Positions 49,769 to 64,000 of a stretch of 64,000 bases of DNA are shown piece after piece. Source of the DNA: Bugula neritina. Lineage: Eukaryota; Animalia; Bryozoa. Every line of letters begins with the position of its first letter. Positions within the stretch are counted from its first letter, which is position 1. The notes beneath the pieces are model-generated. The model was not told the DNA's origin and made no database searches. It saw nothing but the letters and a program-made list of their open reading frames with translations. The position numbers were made by a program, and so were the translations under genes. Location of the stretch: assembly GCA_964035545.1 (NCBI GenBank), contig OZ037770.1, forward strand, positions 13,878,642-13,942,641, given 5' to 3'.

Positions 49769-52700
49769 TTAAAGATCAGAGAAAGCTTCATCTTCATAAA
49801 TAATTTCAAAATTTTCCTCGTCAACGAGTCGATAAATTGAACTTTTGAACTTGAGGAAATTTGTCTTAGCAGTTATGGAAGCTCTCTTGTAGAGCTTCTC
49901 CGTAACAACCCTTCCGGGCTTCTGACGACCACTTTGCTCCATGATTGTGTCTGCGTACTCAAACTGAGTCATAATAACAATATGGAAATCTTTGGGTCTT
50001 AGACCAGGATCTGTGACATACTTCTTATATCTCTCCTCATATTCCTTTTGCATTTCCTAAATTAAAAAAAGACATGCTGCACTATGATGTAAATATGTAG
50101 CTACAAGCCTACACAAATTTTAAGATTATTATAACATCTGTTTTCAAAAACAATTTTAAAATCTTAGTCCATTGGTGCAATGCATTCTTGGTAAAATATT
50201 TTTATAAGAAATTAAAAATGGCTATGTTGAAGGACGAAGAAATGCAGTACAAATTAAAAGGGCAGTCTGCCAGGCAAAGTGGCTGCAGAATACTAACTTA
50301 TAAGTATTTCATTTCTTCTTATTGTTTGAAAAGATATATAACTCAAGTAGGCCCTGACAGTTTTTTGGGTGTCTAATGACACGTTCAGGGCAGGTAATTG
50401 ATGACCAAGACTATGTAATTTAATAAGATAACCTTTCTCCAAATTCATAACACAATACAATAAGCTATTTCAGGTTTTTGAGAGCTAAAAAGATATTATT
50501 GTCATACTTGATATACATACTTACAAACAGCTGTATTTCTAAAAGCATGCTTAGGTTTAGAACTTAGGCTGAGACTTGGAACTCAAGCTAAAGTTTATAA
50601 CTAAAGCTAAGGTGCAGAATTGAAGCCAAGACTTACAGTTTATATTTTTTATTGAACTTAATGACAAACCTTTCAAAGTTTTTTTAAACTTGACTTTTTA
50701 ATGCCGAGTAAAACCAACTTGAATGATTACTCACTTCTTTACCGACAGCAGGAATTCTCTCAGTTATGAAGGCCGTTGCAAGGTCAGCCTGCATGCTAAA
50801 CTCTCTAAAAGGCATGCTATGTTTGTTAAGTCCAATATAGTAGAGACTCGGGTGTTCTATGTCAACCATCATTCTGTAGATGTTGGTCACATGATCATCT
50901 TTTACAACTGGTCTACAGTTTTCACTCAGGAAGGAGAAATCATATCTGAAATTATGATGCTGATTTTATTAGTAAATTATATATTAATATTCATTTAAGC
51001 AAGCTGTCTTTCTATGTTTGCGAAGCTAGTATATGATGAATACTTACATGTTCAACATGAAAAATGTGAAATAATGTAATGGAAAGCTGCTATCTGCCAG
51101 ATATATGCCAGTTTAGAAAGGGATAGAGAAAAAATAGATAATAAGGAAAAAGTTTGCACTTTAAATTTTTTTTAGCAAGCTACAAGATTACCCACTATAA
51201 GAGACTGAATAAGACTTTTTAAACAAAGAACAATTTTGTAGGTTTAGTGAAAGCAATTTTTACTAAACTTTGAAAATTATGTAAGGCACTACAGAAACAT
51301 TTGATACTAGAATTACAAAAATAATTTGATCAACAACTAAAGCCATTTAGAAAGAGAAAGTTTAAAAGTACATGTAAAAGTACTTATACCACCTTTATTG
51401 TCTTTGTTTCACTGCTGGCAAGTTTAAGTACATTTATAAAAATAATCACAAGTTACCTGTATCCAGTTGCCAGGAGAATGATATCAGCTTGTACAACTCT
51501 ACCATCAGTAAGTATGATGTCATCACCATCTAGTCTGGCCACGTCTGCAACATATTCTACATTTTCTAGAACGGGGAATTCGAATATCTCGTTGTGATGA
51601 CTCAAATATATCTACAATGTAAGTAAAAAGCATGGCTTTACAAAACCACAAACAATATTATAATAAGCTCCTGTCTAAATTAGGCTATTGACTACTTTTA
51701 TTATGAACTTTTGTCCAGAAATTTACAAGCATTCCTCTGCTGTAAATGTTACAGCGCATGTAGTCGCACAGAAACTTAGTGACGTGAGATCAGCTTGAAG
51801 AATTAACAATTAGCTGTTACAGTTGTTAATAAATTCTACCTTCTTGGCCACAGTATGAATTTCTGTAAGAATATCTATTCCTGAAAGACCTCCCCCAACT
51901 ATGACCACTGTCTTCCCAACATAATGAAGAGGGCTTTGAAAATAACTACTGTGAATCATCTCCCCTGTATATGTCTGCATGCCTTCAATTTCAGGGATAT
52001 GCACTTTTGATTCATGTCTAAAGTAATAACAATATTCAAATTAACAAATTAGAAATAGTCGATGAGATGAAAAAGGTGTATTGGGATGGTTACATAATCA
52101 ATAAGAACAAGACAGAAAGAAGTTATAGACATTATCCATCAACTTCTATTCTAGCTCAGGTTCTGCATGGGGGCAGATGACTCCTAAGATTGCAAATTGA
52201 CACACTTTATGAAATTTAAAAGATAATTTAGTTTTAGTGAGATTGCAAATGGATTCATCAATTATAAATCAAGGTGAGAAATTACCATTTTTGTGAACTT
52301 TATGCCTTTAAAATGTGATAAAGGTAAAATATTCATGTTGCCCTTATAATACTCATGGGATAAGATGTCTTAAAAATAAAAGCTTTATTTTATAAAAGTT
52401 AAAAACCTGCAAAATTAAAACATGAAATTATGTGAAGCTCATACATTGACATGAAATACCAGTAAAAATACTGATAAGAATGTAAAGGTATTTATATTCA
52501 TTCATATGCTGGTATGCAAAGAAATTTATATTAATCTACTAATACTACTAATATTACATTATTTAACTATATATACCCGGTTGCTACTAGAACAGCATCA
52601 CACTTCTTGTTAGTAACAGCTCCAGTTTCTTCATTTCTCACCATTACATTCCATTTCTCTACTTCGTTCACAGACGAGAATATGTCTACATTCAGTACTG

Positions 52701-55700
52701 TGTGGCGGAACTGAAAATGAGATACAATGGCTCCTATGTTGAGTTTATGATGTATTATATTATAATTGAACACATCAGTTGAGTTAAACAAATTCTAATA
52801 TTAGATTAATAAACCACTATGCATTATGATATCATAGAGTTTATACACTGGAAATGGTATATTTCTTTTCGAGTAGTAAGCACTGTGCATCACTTCACAC
52901 TTCAGTGAACGCGTCGAGATGAGCATAATATTATAATATAGGCGTCTACAATCTACATTACTATAAGTTACAGGCTTGCTAGCTAACAGGCTATAATGAC
53001 TAGGTTGCTGTTATTGGTTGTAGTTTGATCTCAGGCTAAACAATGACAAGTAGGCAATACGCATGCCACCCACAGAACAATATTGTACAAGAACTTAAAC
53101 TACATTTTAATAGAAATTCTTAGTTGGATGCTTTCAACTATCCTATGTGTTGCTGTTTCAGGCTAGTTAGCAAATTTGATGGACAAAAATTTGTAACTTG
53201 CTACACCTTGGGGGGGGCACACAAATATAGATGGAGGGCCGTCATAGACGAATTATAATGGTGTTACTTTGAGTTCATCTAGTTATTTATAGCAAACTGT
53301 AATAAGTGGTTTCTCTTTGTTATAAAACTTAACTAAATTTTCAAGAAATTACATGAATTATCTTTGAAATACTTTCATGATTTTGTAAATGCAATAGTTG
53401 GGTTGCTATTGTATACTTAACATTGTTTACGTATATTTAAACAGGGTTGTGTAAACGCAAAGATAAAGTAACCACTTACAAAGTTGAGCTTTCAATCAGG
53501 AATTAAAAATTCTTTTATGAAACGTTATGTTTACTATTAAAGAACAGTTACAATAAGAAAAAAAAGCAATATTTGTAATTTTTTTTGCATATTTTACAGT
53601 GCATACTAAGTGCATTATACCTATTTAATATCACATGGTTTTATTTGTATTACATATTATATAATATGACAAGAAATATATATTACATATTTGCTTCGTA
53701 ACACTTCATTTCCATTGCTTCAAGTTATTCGAATGAATGCTTGAGCAGATAGACTTGGCATGCTACGTTTCTAATATAGAACAAAGGTTTTTTTCAGTTT
53801 CTCCATTACTGTAGGTACCTAACTTGATATGATACCTTTATGAAGTCGTAGAGCTGGAAATGTCTAGCAAAGTTTTCTAGATAGTCCAATATCATATACT
53901 GTGGCAGAAACGACTCTTTTATTTCTGGAGATAGAGGAAAGTCTGGGTGGGCTAACATGTCTTTCGTATTGTTTGTCCTAGACAAGGAGACAAGCTTATA
54001 ATTTGATATTGCAATGCTGGAATTCCCCATTAGCCCCAATAGTGTAAAGGCTAGCACGCAAAGTTGCAATACCAGAGGGAATTGCCGGCAGAGGAAAGGT
54101 TTCGGTAGATGTTACAGCAAGCTGTTGACTTTGTTACTTTCACCAATTCATCCAAGTTTGACTTTGTAGGGTGCAAACCTGCAGATTTCCGATTAACTTA
54201 GGCTATATTATCATATAGACTTAGGCTATACCAATGAACTAAAACTTTTTTATTATAGTTCAATGGGCTATCTGCTATATTTTACGGATACCTAACTTTT
54301 CATACTATGATACTATACTCTAAAACAGGGGTGTCCAACCTTTTCAGACCGAGGGCCAGTCTGCAAGTTTTAGCTTGGGCTGAGGGCCACAAAATTTTTT
54401 CTGTTTTTAAAATCAATTTTCAAGATTCATTAAACATCTGCAGGCTATATGTATTATAATTATAAGCGATGGCTAGGCTTTGCATGTTTATTAAAACCAT
54501 AACATATTTAAATAGATATATATTACTTACGTGTGTGTATGTGCATATATATGCATTTAATTAAAATAGGTAAACAAGAAACATTTCATTTTTATTACTT
54601 AAATAATCAATAATTATATATGCATTTATGTTTGTGCATAAAAAATTATACATATATACATACAAAGTATATATTCATGATTGTACATGCAAATTTAAAC
54701 AATATGCGCCAGTGCTAAGAGTCTGTACTCATACTGGTATAGTTGTATTTTACAACCATCAGTGAGACACTTGTGAGTACACATGCAGTGAGTACTGTTT
54801 GCCTTGAACAATTCTGTTAATATCTAGTTTCGTATCAGAACATGCAACCCTTAGGTGCTGGACTAAGTGCTGATTAGTGAGTGAAGTGTAGTATCTATTT
54901 TTGTGTATTTCATTTGACTGAAAATTGAAAGTTCAAACCTTCAAGCCGTCTCAGTGCAGTGCAGTGCAGCATCTAACAAGCAATCAAAGGTCAAAGGTCA
55001 ATGCTATTACAAATCCCAAATCATTTCAGTACATACTCGCACAAAATTCATTATAAAACGAAATTGTTTAGGCATCTATAAACCTTAAAACAGTATGTAA
55101 ATGAAACCGAAAATATACACAATAATATTTTAGTACTGCATAAGTGAAGTGTGTCAAGGATTCTTCAATTACTTATCTTTCACAATACAATCAATAAAAA
55201 TGAGATCTTAGTTATACTTTCAAAAAAGTCTTGTCTCTATATATGGCCAGTCCTGATTAAATGTCTTTAAAATATCTGTCTGCACAGAATAGTTACAGGT
55301 AACTTTTTAGCTGCAACTGCCTTGCTGAGGTTTGCATTGTAACTGTGTAAAAATTCAGTACCATTAAAAACAATCTCATTTGATTGTAGGCTACTAGAAT
55401 TAAAATTTAAAAACTATGTTGTGAATCTTATTTTTCCCAGTGCAACTTTTGTGGAATTTTTTCATTCTTTTGCAAAGTTATAGAAAAAAAACTGCACATT
55501 TTTGGCTAATTTTGCCTCAAAAGTTGATTTTTTTTAGTACCAATGAAATATCTTAGCAGGAAAACATGATATCTGAATGAAAAAGCAATGACTATTAGAT
55601 TTTATATAAATTGTGGATTTATATACTGGAAATGGTATATTTCTTTTTAAGTAGTAAGCACTGTGCATCACTTCACGCTTCAGTGAACGCGTAGAGATGA

Positions 55701-56429
55701 GCATAATATTATAATATTATAATAGGCGTCTACATTACTATAAATCACAGGCTTGCTAGCTAACAGACTATAATGACTAGCTTGCTGTTATTGGTTGTAG
55801 TTTGATCTCAGGGTAAACAATGACAAGTAGGCAACACGCATGCCACCCACAGAACAATATTGTAGAAGAACTTAAACTACATTTTAATAGAAATTCTTAG
55901 TGGGATGCTCTCAACTATCCTATGTGCTGCTGTTTCAGGCTAGTTAGCAAACTTGATAAACAAAAATTTGTAACTTGCTATACCTTGGGGGGCCACACAA
56001 ATATAGCTGGAGGGCCGAATCCGGCCCCCGGGCCGCCTGTTGGACAGCCCTGCTCTAAAACTAGGCTATTGCTAACTAACTGTAACTCTACACTTATAAT
56101 AAGTATAAAAGTATACAATTTATATAAGTTTAGGTTTAGCTACTATAGAAGGTGCTTAGCGTGTACCACTCATGTATGATCTTCAAATTCGAGTCCAGGA
56201 GATGATAATTCAAAGTAAAAATAAGGCAGGACTTATAGTTTCACATACATGCTTACCTTAACGTGTCGTACATAGGTGTATGTTTATACGGATCTCTATT
56301 CACCCAGATACCTCCAACTCTGTCACTAATCTCGTAGGCTGTGATATTCAGCTCATCCTTGTACTCACTGAGTGACTTGATAGTGGCCAGGCCAGCTGGT
56401 CCGGCCCCAATAACTACTACTTCTTTCAT
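49769..56429 (-). CDS. Flavin-containing monooxygenase, copy A (426 aa). Exons 56429-56257, 53977-53836, 52710-52577, 52017-51840, 51611-51457, 50945-50735, 50056-49769
   Basis: FAD motif VVVIGAGPAGL, GGIW, DAVLVATG, FMO fingerprint YTGEMIHSSYF, NADPH motif VVIVGGGLSG, ILLATGY. The exons sum to 1281 nt in frame. Confidence 0.92.
52841..53240 (+). mobile_element. Truncated 3' fragment of the hAT element family at 44839/54326
   Basis: Near-identical to ~46123-46514; lacks both TIRs. Confidence 0.85.
54326..56052 (+). mobile_element. Non-autonomous hAT (Charlie-like) element in intron 1 of FMO copy A
   Basis: Same TIRs as the 44839 element and a perfect 8-bp TSD ctctaaaa. Confidence 0.9.
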
Positions 56430-57949
56430 GGTTTAAGTTGAACGGTTATGGCTGAATACTGAATGAAGAGTACACTGCTATATCAGTAGGAAGTTGTCAA
56501 CGAATGATTACTGAATTACAGCGATTTTTTAGCTCTATGCTTCAATAAAGAGTTCAGTGACGCTAAAAGGTAATGCATGGCTGCACCGATGGTATGTAAC
56601 ACAATCCTTTGTTAACCCGGTGGTAAAAGACATAAGCACTAGCTTATGCAGGAGAACACAACCTACCAACATTTCTTTAACTGGTATCAATAAGTGCATA
56701 CAACTGGTTTAAGCTTTCCCCTATGCAAAAATAGAAAATAAATTAGTTAGCTAATATTTGATTCGTTTATACAAATATTTATAGTTTCTACAAAAACTAC
56801 TTTTTAGTAAACAACTACTGCATGGTAAGCTTGAAAAAGCATGAGATAAGTGATGGAATCAACTAATATTCTCCTGAATTGACAAAAGCAAGTTATATGT
56901 GAAATTATTCTGCAAAATATTATGTGTTCTAAAATATATTTAAATGTGTAAAATACGGTGAATTTGAAGGAAAAAATAAAAATACATTGGTTTGCTCAAT
57001 TTCGCTTCAAAACTATCCATTAACTAATTGCGGTGTTCAATCACTAATTACACGATTCAAATAACTACAAACAATATCTGCATGATCTAGTTTTGGAAAT
57101 ATCTTAAACAAAACTCACAAAAACCGTGTGCCATCAAAGAAATTTAGGCTGATGTGGCCAACTTAAATCACTTTTCCCCATACATTTAGCCATTCAAATT
57201 AAACCCATGCAAGGAAATTCAATCTGAGTATCTAATGAGCACATTAGTAATATTATATTATATGACCTTCAACTATATTTTTCCAGCTGTAGTGCACATG
57301 TACTCAATAACATTTCTAGAATACATCTCATAATAGCTAACTAATAACACTCAGTTGCAGTTTGCTGTTCCCTTTGTTCTTATAAAACTATATTAGTGAG
57401 GGTAGCATAATATAATATAATAATGTACTGCATTTTTATAGAAAAAATGCCAAGCACATTTGCTACAAAATGTGAATTTATTATTATATCGATATAATAT
57501 ATTTTTCCCTAATCTTCACAACAATCAAGTTATTAAATTTTTCATAAATCTTGACTATATATATTTTTTTAAGTAAAACAAATTACATTTCCTAATGTAT
57601 TGTAAAATATATATTTTTACTCACAATAAAATCTACTGCAAAAAAAATTTAGCGTAGGCATATACAAATAAATTCATACCTAATTAAAGAAACAGCAATT
57701 TCTTTTGGGGTGATAAAATCTGTTGACAGGTTATTGCTTAGACTCGCTAAGCAGTTGGAAAAAAGTAGGATGCAAAAAAATTATTATAAATTGTTTGACC
57801 AAATTGTGAAATTGCAGTCCTGAATTAGAAAGATATATTATTAACATTGTTGTTTTGTCTAATTTGAGACAAGCCAACATAGTTTACTTGCAAATTTCAA
57901 AGGTTTCAGTTTGGAAAACCACCATTAAGCAATTGAATACTGGCTCTAT

Positions 57950-60900
57950 CTAAGGTTCTGAATATACTGGGTCTTCGTAAACAACTTCAAAGTTTTCCTC
58001 ATCTACGAGTCGATAAATTGACTTCTTAAACCTCATAAAGTTCTTTAGTGCGTTACCCATAACCCTTCTGTAAATCTTCTCTGAAACAACTCTCCCGGGC
58101 TTCTGACGACCACTTTGTTCCATGATTGCGTCAGCGTATTCAAACTGAGTCAAACAGACTATATGGAAATCTTTGGGCCTTAAACCAGGATCTGTGACAT
58201 ACTTCTTATATCTCTCTTCATATTCCTTTTGCATTTCCTAAATTCAAATATATTTGGTTTGGAATAAGGAATGTTATAGAAGAAAAATAGCTTATATAAT
58301 TATGATGAAATGCTTTTGCAAAAGTTAGCTACCATCGCTAGGTCTATGCTCTGAAACATACAGCTACTAATATCTAGATTCTACAATTTGCAATTTTAAA
58401 TTTTTGAATTTGCAAAAAGGTAAACAAAAAACGTTTTAAGAGTATATTACTTAAGTAGGAAAAAGTCTATTGCTGATGATATAAATACCGCACACAGCTT
58501 GTCAGGAATGGTTACAGCTTTGTCAAATTTTGTTAAATCATTAGCTTGTAAGGAATGCTTACCATTAATTTAAATTATTGCTGTTTAAATTAGTAAAAAT
58601 TATTATTATTTAAAAAAACAGTTCTATAAATAAAAAATGAATACCGAAACAAAGAACGCATGAAAGATTAATTCAACAATTATTTATCGAAATGATAAGT
58701 TAGCTTATTGATTTTTGCTAATATGCTCAATTGTGGAAAACTTCGAACCTATATTTCACTGCTAGATAATGTACACTAGAGCCAGCAGCCAAGAGAGCAG
58801 GGATTCCATACTCAAAATACGACAACTTCAAGCAGACGACTCTCTGCTTGATTTTCTATAGTCATTGACCGAGGTTTTTTTAATGCCGAGTCAAACACAC
58901 TTGAATGATTACTCACCTCTTTGCTGACAGCTGGAATTCTCTCAGTTATAAAGGCCGTTGCAAGGTCAGCCTGCATGCTAAACTCTCTGAAAGGCATGCC
59001 GAGTTTGTTAAGTCCAATATAGTAGAGGCTCGGGTGTTGTATGTCCACCATCATTCTGTAGATGTTGGTCACATGATCATCTTTTACAACTGGTCTACAG
59101 TTTTCACTCAGGAAGGAGAAATCATACCTGAAATAAAACATCTTGTCATTAAAATATTGATGAAATGGCTTCTAATGAAGTATATTAATAAAAAAAGTTT
59201 GGCATGAACAAATGAATACTCGAGTATATATTCTTTACAAATTGAAATTACCAACTATTTAGTTGGCAATAGATATACTTAGTTTAGATGTTTCATTTTT
59301 TAATAAAACGTGTAAAATTTTTCAAGCTATTTATATAATGTTATAAGAGGCTTGGTTCTAATGGCAAAGAAAAAAGAAGACAACTTTCCCCATGATCACA
59401 AAAATACATACATGTGTAATGCTCTACAGAAGCGTCAATACATGTGTTAAAAACTGCATTTTAACTGAAGCTGTTTTACATGATGTTTTACATAAGTTGT
59501 AAAAACAAAGAGGTATTGGGCTGAATAAAAACACTGCAAATACTATAATGTTACTTTGTGGCTTACAAAGTCAAACAATTTAGAGAAAAAAGAATTTGCC
59601 AACTTGATATCACCTGTATCCAGTTGCCAGGAGAATGATATCAGCTTGTACAACTCTACCATCAGTAAATATGATGCCATCACCATCTAGTCTAGCCACG
59701 TCTGGAACATACTCCGAGTTTTCTGGTAGAGGTGCTTTGATTCGCTCATCATGGTGACTCAAATATATCTAAATTTTAAGTAAATTATAATACTTTATAC
59801 AATACTATAAACTTTAGATTTGAAAAAATATGTCTCCATTTTTCGTGTTTTTTTGCTTAAAAAACACCATTTTTATAACCGATAAACAAAAAGTATATAC
59901 ATTTAAAAATTTCCGATATAAATCATATGCCCGCGTGCATACATGTGTGTGTGTGTGTGCCCGCGCGTATGTAAAGTAGCAATGCTACCACAATGATGTA
60001 CAACTATGCTTATAAAGCAAAATAAAGTTGACCTTCTTAGCCACGGTTTGAATTTCAGTAAAGATATCAAGACCAGAAAATCCTGCGCCCACCAGTACCA
60101 CCGTCTTTCCAACATAGTATGTAGAGTCCTGAAAATAGCGAGTGTGAATTATATCCCCTGTAAATGTCTTCATGCCTTCAAACTCAGGAATGTGCATCTC
60201 TGTTTCATGTCTATAAAAAGCAATTAATTATATTTATAATCAGGTATAGGTTGTCATCCAGTTGATACTTGGTAACAAATCGAACAACTGCAATATAAGT
60301 AAGAAACTGTAGATGTGTGAAAAAGCAAAAGTCTAGTAGAAAAGTGTGCAAATAGAAAGTGTAAAATTGTAGAAATAAAAATATGCAAGTGCTTAGAAGT
60401 GTAAAAGCTTAAAAATTGATCATGTGATCACATGATCAAGTTTATATACATGCAGAAAAACCCTCAAATATACTTTTACTGAGCTATTCTATATTATTCT
60501 TTCTATGTACTCAACATGGATGCAATTTTTTTAATAGAAGGGATAAAAGTTAAATCTAATCTTCTTTCTATACTTCAGACTACAACATCTAAATACAACT
60601 GCATGTCTACACTAAAATACTAGCATACTAACATACTTTAGTGTACAGCTTAGCCTAGGGCCACACTGTGCGTATTTTCGCATGCGAACATTTAAACCAC
60701 AAGTAGCAAAGGTGTCCACTGTATGCGTTGGGAAAACATTCGCACTTGTCGCTCAGCATTCTGAACGCAAGTGCGAATCGTCTCTGTCGTCATCACCTAA
60801 TTGGCTGGTAGTTATTTAGCGAGCCCAATTCTTTTATTTCAGTGCTATATTCCAGTAAATTGCGTTTTATTAAAAGCGAGTGCGATTTACAAATGAAAGC

Positions 60901-63278
60901 TTTATTTATCCTGCATCACTGACGCTACAGTGGACACCTTTGTTACCTGTGGTTTCAATTTTTGAATGCGAAAATACGAACAGTGTGGCCCTAGGCTTAG
61001 ACAGTTTCACAATCCTAGATGTTGACTTTCATTTTCCGCATATGTTGTTTCAATCTGATCTAGTGCCAATAAAAATGAGCCTATATGATATCATGACGGC
61101 TTTTGCCTTGAAGTGTAACTATAGCTGATGGAATTTTCCATATTATACTTCAATTTAATAATCTGAACAAGCAGAGGGCTTGCTCTTAATATTGTAATCT
61201 AAACACTAAATAGTCATTACACAATGCATTCAAATAAAATCAGTTAAACTATAATATATATAATCGATAAAGGTTGTGGAAATTTCACTCAAATACCAAA
61301 ACTTTTAACTGAATATGGTAATACACAGATAAAATACTTTAACTATATACCCAGTTGCTACTAGGACAGCATCACATTTCTTGTTAGTAACAGCTCCAGT
61401 TTCTTCATTTCTCACCATCACATTCCATTTCTCTACTCCGTTTACAGATGATAGTATGTCTACATTCAGTACTGTGTGACGGAACTGAAATAAAGTATAA
61501 ATAGATGTGTTTAGCTTCTTATACAGTGTGGAATGCGTAGATGAAATATAGTGTTCTGTTACACTAGAACATGAATTTCATACTTAAAACCTGAAATGCT
61601 TCATTGTCATAATTAATCATAATTATCAAGTTGACACATAGGCAATAAATATTGTATGCATTACTACTTTATACCCAGTTTCACTGTCTGCTATAGTAGT
61701 TGAAACTCATGGCTTGACCTAGTTTTAAAGTTTAGGTTCAAATCAGCATCCAAGAAAAAGTGACTGACATTAATTTAAATATCTACAAAGAAGTTTAGAT
61801 TCAGATTTGAAATCCTCAGAGAAATAATGGAGAAGTCTTATATTATTTAGATGTGATAAACAGGAGTATAATTTTCAGTTATGAGTTGCAGCAATAAATA
61901 TTCTACAGCACAACTGCCTTTTATTGGTTCTCAAATTAAGATTTATACATTTAGGTGTTTTAACAGAGAAACTTTAATAGCTGGAGTTCTTAATTCTCCT
62001 TGTAAATTCTAACTCTTATGAGAACGTAATCTCTCTGGCTAGACATTGCATAACTTCTCCATAACTGCAATTATCTCTACAGATAGTACTGTCTTTACCT
62101 TGATGAACTGCTTAAGTTGGAAGTGACTAGCAAAATTCTTTAGGTAGTCCAACATCATACTTTGAGGAATAAAAGACTCTCTGATGTCTGAGGGAAGAGG
62201 AAAATCTGGGTGCCCTACCATCTCCTTCGTATTGTTAGCCCTGGCAGAGTAGTAAGTAATTCTCATAATAATTGTGTTTGTATAGTATATATACAAGGTG
62301 ACGCAAATTATGTAACAGTAGCCATGCTTAAATTTTGTTTAAATTTTATAGGTTTGTTAAGTCAGGTTATCATTTGAAATCCGCAAGTGTCAGGATGCAA
62401 TGCATTTTGGGTTTACTAAACCAGAATTCTCTCAGTTGAAACATAATTATTTTATAAGAAGTGATATATAAACATCTTTTCTGGCATAATCTAGCACTAT
62501 TTAAAGAGTTTACGATTTGGAGGACATCTTTAAATTCAATTACCACTATAAACCAGCCAATCAGGTGCAAGAGACTGTTCTATAAAATACACTCATTTGT
62601 GGTTTGTAAAATGCAAATGACAGTCTTGCACCAATAAACATATTATAATATATTTAATTGACAGGGACATAATTATTGCAGCAATATTATTGCAATTAAC
62701 TCAATTTTTTGCATTAGATAGTCTCACAATACATGTCATTGACCTTGATGGTTTGTCAAATCGGCTAGACATGTATTTAGAGAGCTGATTCATTATTTAA
62801 CTGTGTTTTTCCTGTATTTTACAATGCTTATAAAGTTATTGTATTAGTTTAGTTACATAAGCTATTATACTTATGTCCAGTTGAAGTACTGGAATGTAAC
62901 TAACTTTTATGAGTTATATGAAATTAGAATTAGTTTTGCTTAAATTAAAAAACCAAGTCATTGTGGTAACATAGGGAGTAAAATCAACCAAAACTACTTT
63001 ACATAAAAAAACAACCTACTAAAATACAGAAGCTTTGCACAGTAGCATACAATATACAAGGCTCCAACAAGATGCTAACCTAATCAAAATTGATAACATG
63101 TTTACCTCAATGAATCAAACATAGGTGTATGTTTGTAAGGATCTCTATTCACCCAGATACCTCCAACTCTGTCACTAATCTCGTAGGCTGTGATGTTTAA
63201 CTCATCCTTGTACTCACTGAGTGACTTTATAGTGGCCAGGCCAGCTGGTCCGGCTCCGATTACTACTACTTCTTTCAT
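57950..63278 (-). CDS. Flavin-containing monooxygenase, copy B (426 aa). Exons 63278-63106, 62240-62099, 61484-61351, 60210-60033, 59768-59614, 59127-58917, 58237-57950
   Basis: Exon sizes are identical to copy A (173, 142, 134, 178, 155, 211, 288). Motifs GAGPAG, FTGDIIHTRYF, GAGFSG, ATGY. Confidence 0.92.
60653..60996. mobile_element. PIF/Harbinger (Tourist-like) MITE in an intron of FMO copy B
   Basis: TIRs gcctagggccacactgtgcgtattttcgcat / atgcgaaaatacgaacagtgtggccctaggc and a TTA target duplication on both sides. Confidence 0.85.
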
Positions 63279-64000
63279 GGTCCAAACTTGAAGGAAGAGT
63301 GCAATACTGTGTAACGAACGCACAAGTTGTCTACTACTACTCACTGATGGTAAATGTTTAGGTTTGTAATCTAGCAACTTGTTTATTATAGGAGTGTATG
63401 CATATCGAATATAATCAGTCAACTGAGACGATTTTTATGGGCTCAAATTAGTCACGCATGACTTCACTGATGATTGGCAGATGCTTTAAAAAGCAAGAAT
63501 GTTGTCGAGTGTCGAAATAATACGCTTGCATAGCTGAATTCACTAGTTTCGGTTTCTTTTTATGTTTATCAGACAACATTTCATGGAACACATATTGTTA
63601 GCTGTGTGTGTGCTGCGCTTTACTGAAGTCTAAACTCTAAACCATCTTCCATCCTACTATATGCTTCAATACTAATGTTTCGTGCCCATCCATAGCCTAA
63701 AATATGACTTTGGCTATTTATTATAACTTCATATAGTATCATGACAAATTGATTAATCAAATGCACGTGAAGTATCAATGCCAATGACTGACCCGTTGAA
63801 ACAGATGAGGGGAAATCATTCTAACAGCTTTTTTCTAACTTTAGCCAGTTTTATTGGCTTATTCAAGACCATAACGTTGTAAATTACTTAATATTTTGGT
63901 TGCAAAATTCACATAGCTCAAAACACACATTTTAAAATCCAAGTAAAATTCATTTACATAGATGCCCTTCTAGAGTTGGCGTAACACTGACACATATTCA

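Overview
AT-rich, intron-containing animal (invertebrate) genomic DNA; no prokaryotic features. Reading GT-AG splice sites by hand gives five protein-coding genes and one pseudogene relic. (1-2) Two tandem + strand genes (<495-6753, 5' end outside the window; 8373-17753, about 1364 aa) encode LRR-ROC GTPase-COR-caspase fusion proteins. Their LRRs sit on symmetric phase-2 exons. The sensor halves are diverged, while the caspase halves are nearly identical and carry a non-canonical EVCSG active site. (3) A 16-exon + strand model (19755-43011, about 1115 aa) joins a Ty3/gypsy Gag-like exon in frame to eIF4G-like exons (PABP-site-like, eIF4E-site-like, MA3, W2), with no recognisable MIF4G domain. 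A cluster of NF-kB-type sites lies just upstream. An eIF4G-like pseudogene relic follows at about 48.2-49.1 kb. (4-5) Two tandem 7-exon flavin-containing monooxygenase genes lie on the - strand. The rest is non-autonomous DNA transposons (hAT- and Harbinger-type MITEs), a 590-bp inverted repeat pair, and a ~10-kb element with a 30-bp minisatellite sitting inside a (TA)n tract. All exon models are manual and lack transcript support.
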